A stretch of 64,000 nt of DNA from an uncultured Candidatus Saccharibacteria bacterium. GTDB taxonomy: Bacteria > Patescibacteriota > Minisyncoccia > Phycocordibacterales > UBA9973. Below are positions 1 through 8,292 of the stretch, one piece after another (positions within the stretch are counted from its first letter, which is position 1; each line of letters starts with the position of its first letter). A program made the position numbers and the translations under genes. The stretch is from NCBI GenBank assembly GCA_964498035.1, contig CAZCFW010000001.1, forward strand, positions 57,286 to 121,285, given 5' to 3'. The notes beneath the pieces were generated by a model. The model searched no databases, was not told where the DNA came from, and was given only the letters and a program-made list of their open reading frames with translations.

Positions 1-1185
1 GAATAATGATTCTTTATTGTATTCTGGTATGTTGAAAAAGTAGGCAAGACTTCCCTCTTCCTCCATGTTTACAATATCTCTACCACAGCTTATGTGTTCA
101 ATAATTATGGGTGTGATGTTGTGCAATCTTTCGTTTGTGTATTCAGGTGAAGACTTCAAATTTTGAGAAATGAATTTATCAATATACATTTCTTGCTCTT
201 CATGAGAAAGCAATTTTAGGTGTTCTTTATTTATCCAGCAAAGCTTCTTCTCATCAAATCCTGCACCTGAGCGTTGGATGCGGTCAATATCGAATGAATT
301 TATAATTTCATCTACACTCATTATTTCACGTTCATCGCCTGGATTCCAGCCGAGTAGAGCCAAGAAATTAACCATAGCCTCTGGCAAATATCCATCCTTT
401 TTGTAATCAAGAATATCCTTAGCACCATCTCTTTTGCCCAGTTTCTTTTTTCCGCCTTCTGCCATTATCGGTGGAAGTGTTACGAATTCAGGTGGAGTTG
501 CATCAAATGCTTCATATACAGAGAGGAATTTCGGTGTGGATGCTATAAACTCTTGCCCACGCATTATGTGAGTCACACCCATCTCCATGTCGTCCACTAT
601 GTGTGCGAAATTGTATGTAGGGTAACCATCACTCTTTATAAGGATAAAGTCATCGAGCGCTTCCTCTCCAGCTGTGAGGTCTCCATACACATGGTCATAC
701 CAATCCCATCTTTTAATTGTGGGCACTTTGAAACGTAGTGGCTTTGTGCCATCCCAAGCCTCGGTATTTTCTGGTCTGTAATTCCTGTAGAGGAATGCTT
801 CTTTATTCTTTTCTGCCTTTTTTCTAAATTCAGCAACTTCATCTTCTGTATATGGATCTGCGTATGCATAACCTTTGTCGATAAGTACAGCAGCGTATTC
901 TCTATACTTTGCCAAGCGTTCTGATTGTAAGTATGGTGCATTTGGACCTTCTTTGTGAGGACCTTCATCGTACTCGGCACCAATCCATTCTAGCGATTCG
1001 AGGATATGGTCAATCGATCCGGAAACTTCGCGCTCTTTATCTGTGTCTTCAATACGGAGTATAAATGTGCCTTTATTCTTTCTAGCCCAAAGGTATGAAA
1101 ATAAAGCAGTACGAAGATTGCCTACATGGATGTATCCTGTGGGGCTTGGTGCAAATCTTGTGATAACTTTTTTAGAATTTTCCAT
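1..1185 (-). CDS. gltX: glutamate--tRNA ligase (GluRS), N-terminal part; the gene runs off the left edge of the window
   Basis: Minus-strand ORF with ATG at rc 1183-1185 translates MENSKKVITRFAPSPTGYIHVGNLRTALFSYLWARKNKGTFILRIEDTDKER. This carries the class I HIGH motif (HVGN) and the RFAPSPTG and RIEDTD signatures of GluRS. There is no stop before position 1, so it is absent from the ORF track. Confidence 0.8.
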   Translation of the reverse strand, partial: MENSKKVITRFAPSPTGYIHVGNLRTALFSYLWARKNKGTFILRIEDTDKEREVSGSIDHILESLEWIGAEYDEGPHKEGPNAPYLQSERLAKYREYAAVLIDKGYAYADPYTEDEVAEFRKKAEKNKEAFLYRNYRPENTEAWDGTKPLRFKVPTIKRWDWYDHVYGDLTAGEEALDDFILIKSDGYPTYNFAHIVDDMEMGVTHIMRGQEFIASTPKFLSVYEAFDATPPEFVTLPPIMAEGGKKKLGKRDGAKDILDYKKDGYLPEAMVNFLALLGWNPGDEREIMSVDEIINSFDIDRIQRSGAGFDEKKLCWINKEHLKLLSHEEQEMYIDKFISQNLKSSPEYTNERLHNITPIIIEHISCGRDIVNMEEEGSLAYFFNIPEYNKESLF

Positions 1186-1186
1186 A

Positions 1187-2314
1187 TTATAATTCGTGAG
1201 CTAGGATAATGTTAATAGCTTTCTGTGCAATCATATGTGCAGCATTTGGAGTCGCAAACTGAAACGCACTTTTACGCATCGATTCAATCTTCTCTTTACT
1301 GTTAGCAATTTTATTTATTTCAGCAAGTAATAAATGTGGAGTAAGATTTGCTTCTTCTATGACCTCGCAAGCACCAACTCTAGCATAATTGAAAGCATTC
1401 TTCCTCTGGTGATCACCATTTGAATTTGTGATAGGTATGATTATGGATGGAGTTCCCCATGCAGCAATTTCAAAAATCGCAGAGCCAGCTCTGGATATCA
1501 CTAGACGAGATATGCCATAAGCACTCTTCGTCTCAAGGTTGTTCATATATGCAAAAGGTCTGTATCTATTCTTGTGGGCATGATTCTCGAGTATTAAGTT
1601 ACTTCTTATGGTTACATCTTCGATATTCTTTGGCCCAATCTGATGAATTACTTGGTAAGAGTTTAAGAGTTCTGGAAGTATGCGAAGTACTACTTCATTT
1701 ATTGTTTCAGCTCCTTGTGAACCTCCGACAATAAATAATACAGGTGTGATGGGGTCAAATTTGAATAATTCCAAACCACCATCTACTCCACCACTCGTGA
1801 TTTCTCTGCGTATTGGCTGGCCAGTGAAGGCTACCTTCTCTTTAGGAAACTTTTCACCTGCTTCTGCGTACGATACTGCAATATAATTTGCGAATTTTGA
1901 AGCCCACATATTCATTCTCCCTGGGGCAGAATCTGATTCATGAATTATAAGTGGTATACGAAGAATCTTGGCAGCAAATACTGCTGGGAATGATCCATAG
2001 CCACCTTTTGAAATGATTACATCTGGGTAAATAGTGAAAATTCTAAGTAGACCGATAATTGCCCCCACGCCTGCTGCAAACATATCGAAAAAGTTCCGTA
2101 GTGATGAGTAAGTGCGGATTTTGCCAGCGGGCACTTTTATGAATGTAATACCTGTATTAAATAATGCCTGCTTGTCGAATTCCGCATCAGACACATAATA
2201 CATCTTTATATCTAGAATCTTTTCTTTAGCTGTAATTGCATTTATTTCCTCAGCAATTGCTATTAATGGGTAAAAATGCCCACCTGATCCTCCTCCTGTA
2301 AGTACTATTCTCAT
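1187..2314 (-). CDS. murG: UDP-GlcNAc:lipid I N-acetylglucosaminyltransferase MurG
   Basis: N-terminus MRIVLTGGGSGGHFYPLIAIAEE matches the glycine-rich GGTGGH loop of MurG. It is about 375 aa (MurG-sized) and sits next to ftsW and mraY. Confidence 0.9.
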   Translation of the reverse strand: MRIVLTGGGSGGHFYPLIAIAEEINAITAKEKILDIKMYYVSDAEFDKQALFNTGITFIKVPAGKIRTYSSLRNFFDMFAAGVGAIIGLLRIFTIYPDVIISKGGYGSFPAVFAAKILRIPLIIHESDSAPGRMNMWASKFANYIAVSYAEAGEKFPKEKVAFTGQPIRREITSGGVDGGLELFKFDPITPVLFIVGGSQGAETINEVVLRILPELLNSYQVIHQIGPKNIEDVTIRSNLILENHAHKNRYRPFAYMNNLETKSAYGISRLVISRAGSAIFEIAAWGTPSIIIPITNSNGDHQRKNAFNYARVGACEVIEEANLTPHLLLAEINKIANSKEKIESMRKSAFQFATPNAAHMIAQKAINIILAHEL

Positions 2315-2357
2315 ATAGTGCTTATTTTACACCATTTCGGCTTATTTTTCTAGTGGA

Positions 2358-3476
2358 TTATACTTTTTTCTGAAATTGAGAAATGTGGAGCACGATACCG
2401 ATGGCTCCGAGAGCAATCATGAGTGCGGTGCCTCCTTGAGATATGAATACTAGAGGTACTCCAGTTAATGGGAAGACTCCAACAGTAGATGCGATATTCA
2501 TAAATGCTTGAGCTGTAAGTAGCGTAATTATTCCTACAACAAAAAGTTTTGAGAATGAATCTGGTGCATAGTATGCGATCTTAAATCCACGAAAAGCAAA
2601 AGCAACGAACAAGAGTATAAGAGCGACACATCCTACAAACCCAAGCTCTTCACCAATAACTGCAAATATTGAGTCGCCTTGTGGTTCTGGTAAATAATTA
2701 AATTTCTGAATGCTCTGCCCAAGGCCACGCCCGAAGAGTCCACCTGATCCGATAGCAATCAGAGACTGCTGAATTTGATATGACGATCCACTTGGGTCAT
2801 GATTTGGATGTAGGAATGTATTTACTCTATCTCTTAGGTATGGCGTTGTGGAAACTAAAATACTAAAACCGACTAATGCAACAGCAATCATAATAAATAT
2901 ATGCTTCCACGACACTCCAGACACAAATAACATTGCAAAAGCTGAAATAGACATCAGTATAACACTCTTAGTATCAGGCTGTTTAAGTAGTAATCCTGCA
3001 ATGAGAGCAATAAATACAACCAAGGGCACAATCCCCCATTTAAAGTCACGAACCTTGTTCTTCACCCAAGAAAGCCAAGCTGCGAAATATATAATAAAAG
3101 AAACTTTGAGGATTTCGACAGGTTGTATTGATAATCCAAATACATTTATCCATCGTCTTGCACCACCGTGAGAAAACCCAATATGAGGCACAAATACTAA
3201 TGAAGTAAGTATGAGTGATAATATAAAAAATATTAATGAATATTCTCTCCAGAATTTATAAGGAATTCTAAGTGCAATATAAAGTACGACACAGCCAGCG
3301 AGTAATCCAAATACCAATTGACTCACAAGTACCCCGTAGAATTTAGTTTCATTCTTTGCAAGTATTCCTAGTGATGCGGAAACAAGCATTATAATGCCCC
3401 CAAGTGTTAGAGCTATAACTATTCCTAGAAAGATTTTATCTACTTTGTTACCTTTCATATTAATCAAGTAGAGCAA
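2358..3476 (-). CDS. ftsW: SEDS-family peptidoglycan glycosyltransferase/lipid II flippase (FtsW/RodA)
   Basis: Polytopic membrane protein of 372 aa with the SEDS signature GDSIFAVIGEELGFVG. It lies between mraY and murG, as in dcw clusters. Confidence 0.75.
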   Translation of the reverse strand: MLYLINMKGNKVDKIFLGIVIALTLGGIIMLVSASLGILAKNETKFYGVLVSQLVFGLLAGCVVLYIALRIPYKFWREYSLIFFILSLILTSLVFVPHIGFSHGGARRWINVFGLSIQPVEILKVSFIIYFAAWLSWVKNKVRDFKWGIVPLVVFIALIAGLLLKQPDTKSVILMSISAFAMLFVSGVSWKHIFIMIAVALVGFSILVSTTPYLRDRVNTFLHPNHDPSGSSYQIQQSLIAIGSGGLFGRGLGQSIQKFNYLPEPQGDSIFAVIGEELGFVGCVALILLFVAFAFRGFKIAYYAPDSFSKLFVVGIITLLTAQAFMNIASTVGVFPLTGVPLVFISQGGTALMIALGAIGIVLHISQFQKKV

Positions 3477-4545
3477 TTACTACACCCATACTTGTAGTGA
3501 TAATACTTATAACCCAGTAACGCATTGTAACTTTATATTTTGGCCAGCCAAGCGCTTCAAGATGATGATGAAGTGGTGCTACCAAGAAAACCTTCTTACC
3601 ATTACGGAATCGTCTTGAAAGCATTTGAATAATACTTGTGAGTGATGTGATAAAGAGTGGAAATGCAATAATAGGCAAAAGGAGTACTGTATTTGTGAGG
3701 AATGCAATTACTGAAATAGTAACCGTGAGCCCTATCATACCAGTCTCTCCCATATAAAAGCGTGCCGGAGGAATATTGAACCATAGGAATGCCAATATTC
3801 CAGAAGTTACAACTGCACAAAATGTAGATAAGTCGTATTGGCCTTGTGCAAATGTGATGACTGCGTACCCTGCAAATATGGAAGCAAGTACTCCACCTGA
3901 AAGACCATCGATACCGTCGATTACACTAGATGAGAAAACTGCAAGCATTATAAGAATGAAGAATGGTAAGAAAAATACTCCGAGTGTTATAAATCCATAA
4001 TTTGGCACAAATAAATAATCTATCCCAAGCTTTGAATAAAACCACCATCCGATAATGAGCCCAAGTAGTAGGATAATTCCGATTTTAATAAATCGCAATT
4101 TGATAGGATCGTTTGCAAGCTTGCCAGTAGCAAATATTTGGATAAAATCATCTCCAAGTCCGATAATAGATGCCGTTATGAGTGTGAAGAATGGTAAAAG
4201 AGTTTCCTTTCTAGAAATAAAATTTAATTGATCTTCTACCCCACTACCCCAAAATAATCCAATTATCCAAATAAGTAATAATGTAAAAATGACAGACATC
4301 CACACAATCATACCTCCCACTCTTGGAGTCTTTGTTTCACTTACACCGTCGTGAATTGCTATGAAAGCAGGCTGAGTGCCTGTATGTGTGCGAGATACAC
4401 GCCTCCATAATTTGTATTTATAGAAATAGTGAGTCAGTATCGGTGTGATCAATATACCCGAGACGAATGACAAAATCACTGGGATTAAAATTTTAATTGC
4501 ATTACTCATTTGGATTATTTTCTTGGTTTGTAATTGCCTTCTCAA
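3460..4545 (-). CDS. mraY: phospho-N-acetylmuramoyl-pentapeptide transferase MraY
   Basis: Multi-TM protein with the MraY/WecA motifs LGDDFIQIF and GIDGLSGG. The real start may be the internal Met at 4509 (MSNAIKIL), which avoids a 44-nt overlap with scpB. Confidence 0.85.
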   Translation of the reverse strand: MRRQLQTKKIIQMSNAIKILIPVILSFVSGILITPILTHYFYKYKLWRRVSRTHTGTQPAFIAIHDGVSETKTPRVGGMIVWMSVIFTLLLIWIIGLFWGSGVEDQLNFISRKETLLPFFTLITASIIGLGDDFIQIFATGKLANDPIKLRFIKIGIILLLGLIIGWWFYSKLGIDYLFVPNYGFITLGVFFLPFFILIMLAVFSSSVIDGIDGLSGGVLASIFAGYAVITFAQGQYDLSTFCAVVTSGILAFLWFNIPPARFYMGETGMIGLTVTISVIAFLTNTVLLLPIIAFPLFITSLTSIIQMLSRRFRNGKKVFLVAPLHHHLEALGWPKYKVTMRYWVISIITTSMGVVIALLD

Positions 4546-5062
4546 GTTCCTCCACGACTTCTTGGTATTTTGGAAGCATTGTGATATCGCTCACCCCCAT
4601 AAATTCAAGTAACTCTATGGTTGGTGTATAGATGAATCTTCGTGAATCCTTTACATCAACTTTCTTTTCGATAAGTCCACGTATTAGAAGATTGCGAAGT
4701 ATGAAGCTTGAATTTACACCTCTGATATAGTCGATTTCATTTCTTGTTACTCCATTTTTCTCAGGACCATTTTTATATAAAATAATAGAGAGCGTCTCAA
4801 GTGTGGCCTTAGATAATTCTTTTGTAATCTCATCTTTGCGTAACTTTTCAAGGAAAGTGCTTGCCTCTTTGTTTGTGCCTAGAGTCGCTTCATTGTCATT
4901 TTGTATTACAGTAAGACCCGTACTTTCCATTCTAGTAGATAAAGTCTTAAGTGCCTCTGAAACTTCTTCAGCACTCACTTCCAAAATTTCCGCAATCTTT
5001 TTAATTGCGACGGGTTCACCTTTAAAGAAAAGTAATGCTTCAATTTTTGCGTCTAAGTTCAT
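4502..5062 (-). CDS. scpB: segregation and condensation protein B (ScpB)
   Basis: 186 aa starting MNLDAKIEALLFFKGEPVAIKKIAEILEVSAEEV, the winged-helix start typical of ScpB. It lies directly downstream of scpA. Confidence 0.75.
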   Translation of the reverse strand: MNLDAKIEALLFFKGEPVAIKKIAEILEVSAEEVSEALKTLSTRMESTGLTVIQNDNEATLGTNKEASTFLEKLRKDEITKELSKATLETLSIILYKNGPEKNGVTRNEIDYIRGVNSSFILRNLLIRGLIEKKVDVKDSRRFIYTPTIELLEFMGVSDITMLPKYQEVVEELEKAITNQENNPNE

Positions 5063-5076
5063 ATAATTAATTTTTA

Positions 5077-5877
5077 TTATTCTACTATTGGCCCTCCTTC
5101 TGTGCCCTCTTTACTCATCATTATATCTTCGAAATTACTATTCTGAATTACGTCTATTATTCCTTCTCTGACTAATTCTAACATAGCGAGGAATGAAACG
5201 ATAACATTTACTTTCACTTCTTTCTCATTACCATTCGAGCTCTGCCTTGCAAAGTCTCTAAAGGAAGTATTGAGTGTCTTTTGAATCCTCTGTGTCAGGC
5301 GGTCAATCATTTCCTCTATATTGATGACAGTTTTCACTTCAATCTCGGGTAGTGGTGCCATCTTTTTAGGAATATGAATGAGGACATCCTCCATAACAGC
5401 ATTTATAGCCTCCACAGTGATCACAGGGTCAGGGCTGAAAATCACATTGTCCCATTTTCTTTCAGGTGCGGAAAAAATTACTTGTGTACCAAAATTATTC
5501 TTAATATCAATACTTGCGTTCTTAATGATTTGATAGAGCTTGAGTCTCATTTCCAAATCTTCAATTTTGTCTTCCTCTTCATCAGTAAGTTCTAGATTTG
5601 GTAGGAGTGATTTTGATTTAATAAGGATTAGAGTCGCTGCGATCACGATGAAGTAAGATACATCATGAATATGTTTATCAGCAGGTTCGGCAAGGTCTTG
5701 CCTAGTCGGGTCATTCTGTAGGCTTTTAATGTGAGATATATATTCATTTGTCACCTCTGCAAGTGAAATTTCATTTACAAAAAGCTTCTTGCTCTCAATA
5801 AGAGAAAGTAATAGCTCGAGTGGGCCTTCAAAACCACCTGATTTTACAGTATATGTGTTGTTTACTAGTTCTGTCAC
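5077..5877 (-). CDS. scpA: segregation and condensation protein A (ScpA, kleisin)
   Basis: Contains GGFEGPLELLLSLIESKKLFVNEISLAEV, the ScpA N-terminal signature FxGPLDLLLxLI. Forms a scpA-scpB tandem. Confidence 0.75.
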   Translation of the reverse strand: MTELVNNTYTVKSGGFEGPLELLLSLIESKKLFVNEISLAEVTNEYISHIKSLQNDPTRQDLAEPADKHIHDVSYFIVIAATLILIKSKSLLPNLELTDEEEDKIEDLEMRLKLYQIIKNASIDIKNNFGTQVIFSAPERKWDNVIFSPDPVITVEAINAVMEDVLIHIPKKMAPLPEIEVKTVINIEEMIDRLTQRIQKTLNTSFRDFARQSSNGNEKEVKVNVIVSFLAMLELVREGIIDVIQNSNFEDIMMSKEGTEGGPIVE

Positions 5878-5913
5878 CTTACCATTCTAGCTTAAAAAGA
5901 TTCAAAGATAAAG

Positions 5914-6861
5914 CTAGTCATTAAATGCAATTTCAAGAATTCTTTTCCAGTTTTCCCACGGAATTTTCGTCGCTTCTGTCAGTTCAGTATGCACTCCACC
6001 ATTTTGAATCGAATTTGTGGCAGGATCATAATACCAGTTTGGCACCTCTCCCATACGAGCTGGAATAATGAGCTCCCCATATTTTTTATCTATCTCTTTG
6101 TCATTTTGCATATAGTATTCTGCTCCACGAATGACTGCAACGAGCCTTTCTAGATTTATCTTACCCTTTGAAACTTTTGTGAGTATGTTTACGTGGCCAC
6201 TTGTTCGCCTTTGTACTACTATATTGAATTTTCCACCAGCTTGCGCTCGTAGGTATCCAGGAATACTTATATTGTCTGATTCAACTAGGACTGCTTTTAG
6301 TGGCATTTTGACCCCAAGATTTAATTCAATTACTTTTCCTTCATCAAAAAGTTTTTTGTATATAGCAGGAAGTTCGTGAATACGGATGTATTCTTCAAGG
6401 TAGTGTGCTTCAATCAGTGGAAGAATAAAATCAAAAACTTTTTGTGCATCCTCCGGGAATTGTTTGTTTAGTGATCCGACAAGTCCAGAGAGTCCAAATG
6501 CTCGATCGATAGCATCCTTCGATACTGTGCCTAGTCCAAACTGATCATCTCTTTCTGCGTAGCGAAGGAGCTTGCTTATGGCAGGATCGCCAGCTATTCC
6601 TAAATCCTTTGCTACAAGGTTCGCTGCGCAACTTGGGTTCTGTGTGCCATGATGGTCGTACAGGCCACTCCCACAGTCTATAAGTAGATTTCCATTCTTT
6701 ATATTTTCCTCATGTCCTGAATTGCCAATATTTGGGTCTGCGACAATACTAGCATTAGCAATATTCTCATATTTATTCTTTCCAAATTTTTTTAGTAAGA
6801 ATATTGCCACAATCGTATCCGGCTGTGGTCGAACTGGCAATATTATTCTCTCGATTTTCAT
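5914..6861 (-). CDS. hypothetical protein, possible UPF0160/MYG1-like metal-dependent hydrolase
   Basis: 315 aa. The motif LIDCGSGLYDHHG resembles the MYG1-family VDVGGxYD...YDHH metal-binding block. The N-terminal THDGxFH block was not seen, so the call is weak. Confidence 0.3.
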   Translation of the reverse strand: MKIERIILPVRPQPDTIVAIFLLKKFGKNKYENIANASIVADPNIGNSGHEENIKNGNLLIDCGSGLYDHHGTQNPSCAANLVAKDLGIAGDPAISKLLRYAERDDQFGLGTVSKDAIDRAFGLSGLVGSLNKQFPEDAQKVFDFILPLIEAHYLEEYIRIHELPAIYKKLFDEGKVIELNLGVKMPLKAVLVESDNISIPGYLRAQAGGKFNIVVQRRTSGHVNILTKVSKGKINLERLVAVIRGAEYYMQNDKEIDKKYGELIIPARMGEVPNWYYDPATNSIQNGGVHTELTEATKIPWENWKRILEIAFND

Positions 6862-6896
6862 ATAGTAATTATAACCCTTTTTTCAGATTTTACTGC

Positions 6897-6925
6897 TTGA
6901 CAATCACTCCCTAAAGTGCTATAAT
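6897..6925 (+). promoter_or_regulatory. near-consensus sigma70-type promoter (TTGACA-N17-tgcTATAAT) for the plus-strand cassette
   Basis: TTGACA at 6897-6902, a 17-nt spacer, TATAAT at 6920-6925 preceded by TGc (extended -10). Lies about 35 nt upstream of the ATG at 6960. Confidence 0.6.
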
Positions 6926-6959
6926 ACTAACAAATCTAAAAATTTAATAGTTTTCAATT

Positions 6960-7778
6960 ATGGACAATCAATTCAACACTAGTCTTTTCGACGGAACTTC
7001 GTTCAAAAAAGTGCTCCCTGGTAAGGTAGAGCTATCAATCTTGCTTTCGAAGCATGTGGGAAATAATTCAGAAGAATATGAGATGAAAGTAACGGTTATT
7101 AATAACCCTACTGGAGCTCAAGTGAGATTCTGGATGGAAACCAACATCAAAGCTACGGATCCAAAATGGAAACGAGCAGCAAGAATTAAGTCATCTGCAT
7201 CTGACTCTAAGGGTCATGAAATCTTTAAGCAAATTATACTTTTCGACAAAGTAAAGAACACCACTCGTGCTGTGAAAACTGCCAGCGGGATCAAATTCTT
7301 AATTTTGGAAAAAAATGGTAATTTGTCAACTGGTAACATAGCCGTTATTGTAGATGGGGATCAATCTCGCTTTGTGGATGAAATTACAAAGACAAGTACT
7401 ACCTCTAACAAGAACGGCGAAATTTACTTTGGTAAGTTTCTGGAAGAAAACTACATGGGACAGTGTATGGACTGGAGGCATCCATTTTTTGGCTTAAGTA
7501 TTGACTCTTTACCAGCATGGAACTCAAGTTTTGATGTTGTTGAGGAACCAAACTTTTCAGCCTTAATGGACGATGAAGTGATTATTACCATGATGTCTTG
7601 GGTCAGAGGAATGGCCTGGGGAAAAATCAAGGACGGCTCTTTTTGCAGAATTTACCTGTTCACTGAAATGAATAGTGATTCATTCAGGAAGGGTGGCATC
7701 TACAAATTCGGAGAAAAAATTACTCCGATTCAAAAGTCGAACTGCAAGTATGAACTTGTGGATATCGAACTTGTTTAA
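6960..7778 (+). CDS. hypothetical protein (272 aa, no recognisable motif)
   Basis: Long plus-strand ORF set among minus-strand genes. It has its own consensus promoter and a downstream terminator, and no TM segment or signal peptide is obvious. Confidence 0.55.
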   Translation: MDNQFNTSLFDGTSFKKVLPGKVELSILLSKHVGNNSEEYEMKVTVINNPTGAQVRFWMETNIKATDPKWKRAARIKSSASDSKGHEIFKQIILFDKVKNTTRAVKTASGIKFLILEKNGNLSTGNIAVIVDGDQSRFVDEITKTSTTSNKNGEIYFGKFLEENYMGQCMDWRHPFFGLSIDSLPAWNSSFDVVEEPNFSALMDDEVIITMMSWVRGMAWGKIKDGSFCRIYLFTEMNSDSFRKGGIYKFGEKITPIQKSNCKYELVDIELV

Positions 7779-7828
7779 CTTCCGACCTGATTATTTGATC
7801 TAGTACTTTGTACATTCTATTTTTTTTT

Positions 7829-7858
7829 AAAGGACTTAACTTTGTTAGGTCCTTTTTT
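7829..7858 (+). terminator. rho-independent terminator hairpin (aaaggac...gtccttttttt)
   Basis: 7-bp stem aaaggac/gtccttt around a 13-nt loop, followed by a T-run. Lies just 3' of the 6960..7778 ORF. Confidence 0.5.
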
Positions 7859-7875
7859 GTTGCTATAATACAAAT

Positions 7876-8292
7876 ATGAATAATTGGAAACCTGAATATA
7901 TCGGAATATTTTTAACACCAGAATCGAGAGCTGAACTTCTAATGAAGTTTCCAGCGAAATTTAATAAAGTAAATGCCGACCATGTCACACTTATTTTCCA
8001 CCCAACAATGCAAGAAATTGGCCTATATACAATCGGTGAACGAGTTGTAATACCAGTAATAGGCTATGCAAAAGACGACAAAGGCCAAGCAATACTTGTA
8101 GACATTTCAAATACAAAAAACAAAAATCCACATATCACCATTTCAATAAGTGATGGCACGAAAGCAGTATATTCAAACGAATTGCTTGAGAAAAATATTA
8201 TAGAAAAAGTAGAGAATTTTACTTTGAACGGAGTTGTGGGAATCTTCGGACAAGATAGAAACATTCACTATTCTACAGATGGAATGATTTAG
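7876..8292 (+). CDS. 2H-phosphoesterase-like protein (LigT/ThpR-type, two HxTx motifs)
   Basis: 138 aa with two H-x-T-x motifs (ADHVTLIF at H36 and NPHITISI at H86). Each is flanked by hydrophobic residues about 50 aa apart, as in minimal 2H cyclic phosphodiesterases. The -10 TATAAT at 7864-7869 lies only 6 nt before the ATG. Confidence 0.45.
   Translation: MNNWKPEYIGIFLTPESRAELLMKFPAKFNKVNADHVTLIFHPTMQEIGLYTIGERVVIPVIGYAKDDKGQAILVDISNTKNKNPHITISISDGTKAVYSNELLEKNIIEKVENFTLNGVVGIFGQDRNIHYSTDGMI

Noticed and set aside
553-983. ORFs 553..738(+) and 636..983(-) in the ORF track
   Set aside because: They lie inside, and on the wrong frame or strand of, the clearly coding gltX region (the HIGH-motif GluRS reading frame). 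Shadow ORFs.
1447-1886. Plus-strand ORFs 1447..1734 and 1680..1886
   Set aside because: Antisense to murG, which has a strong motif-supported frame. No independent support.
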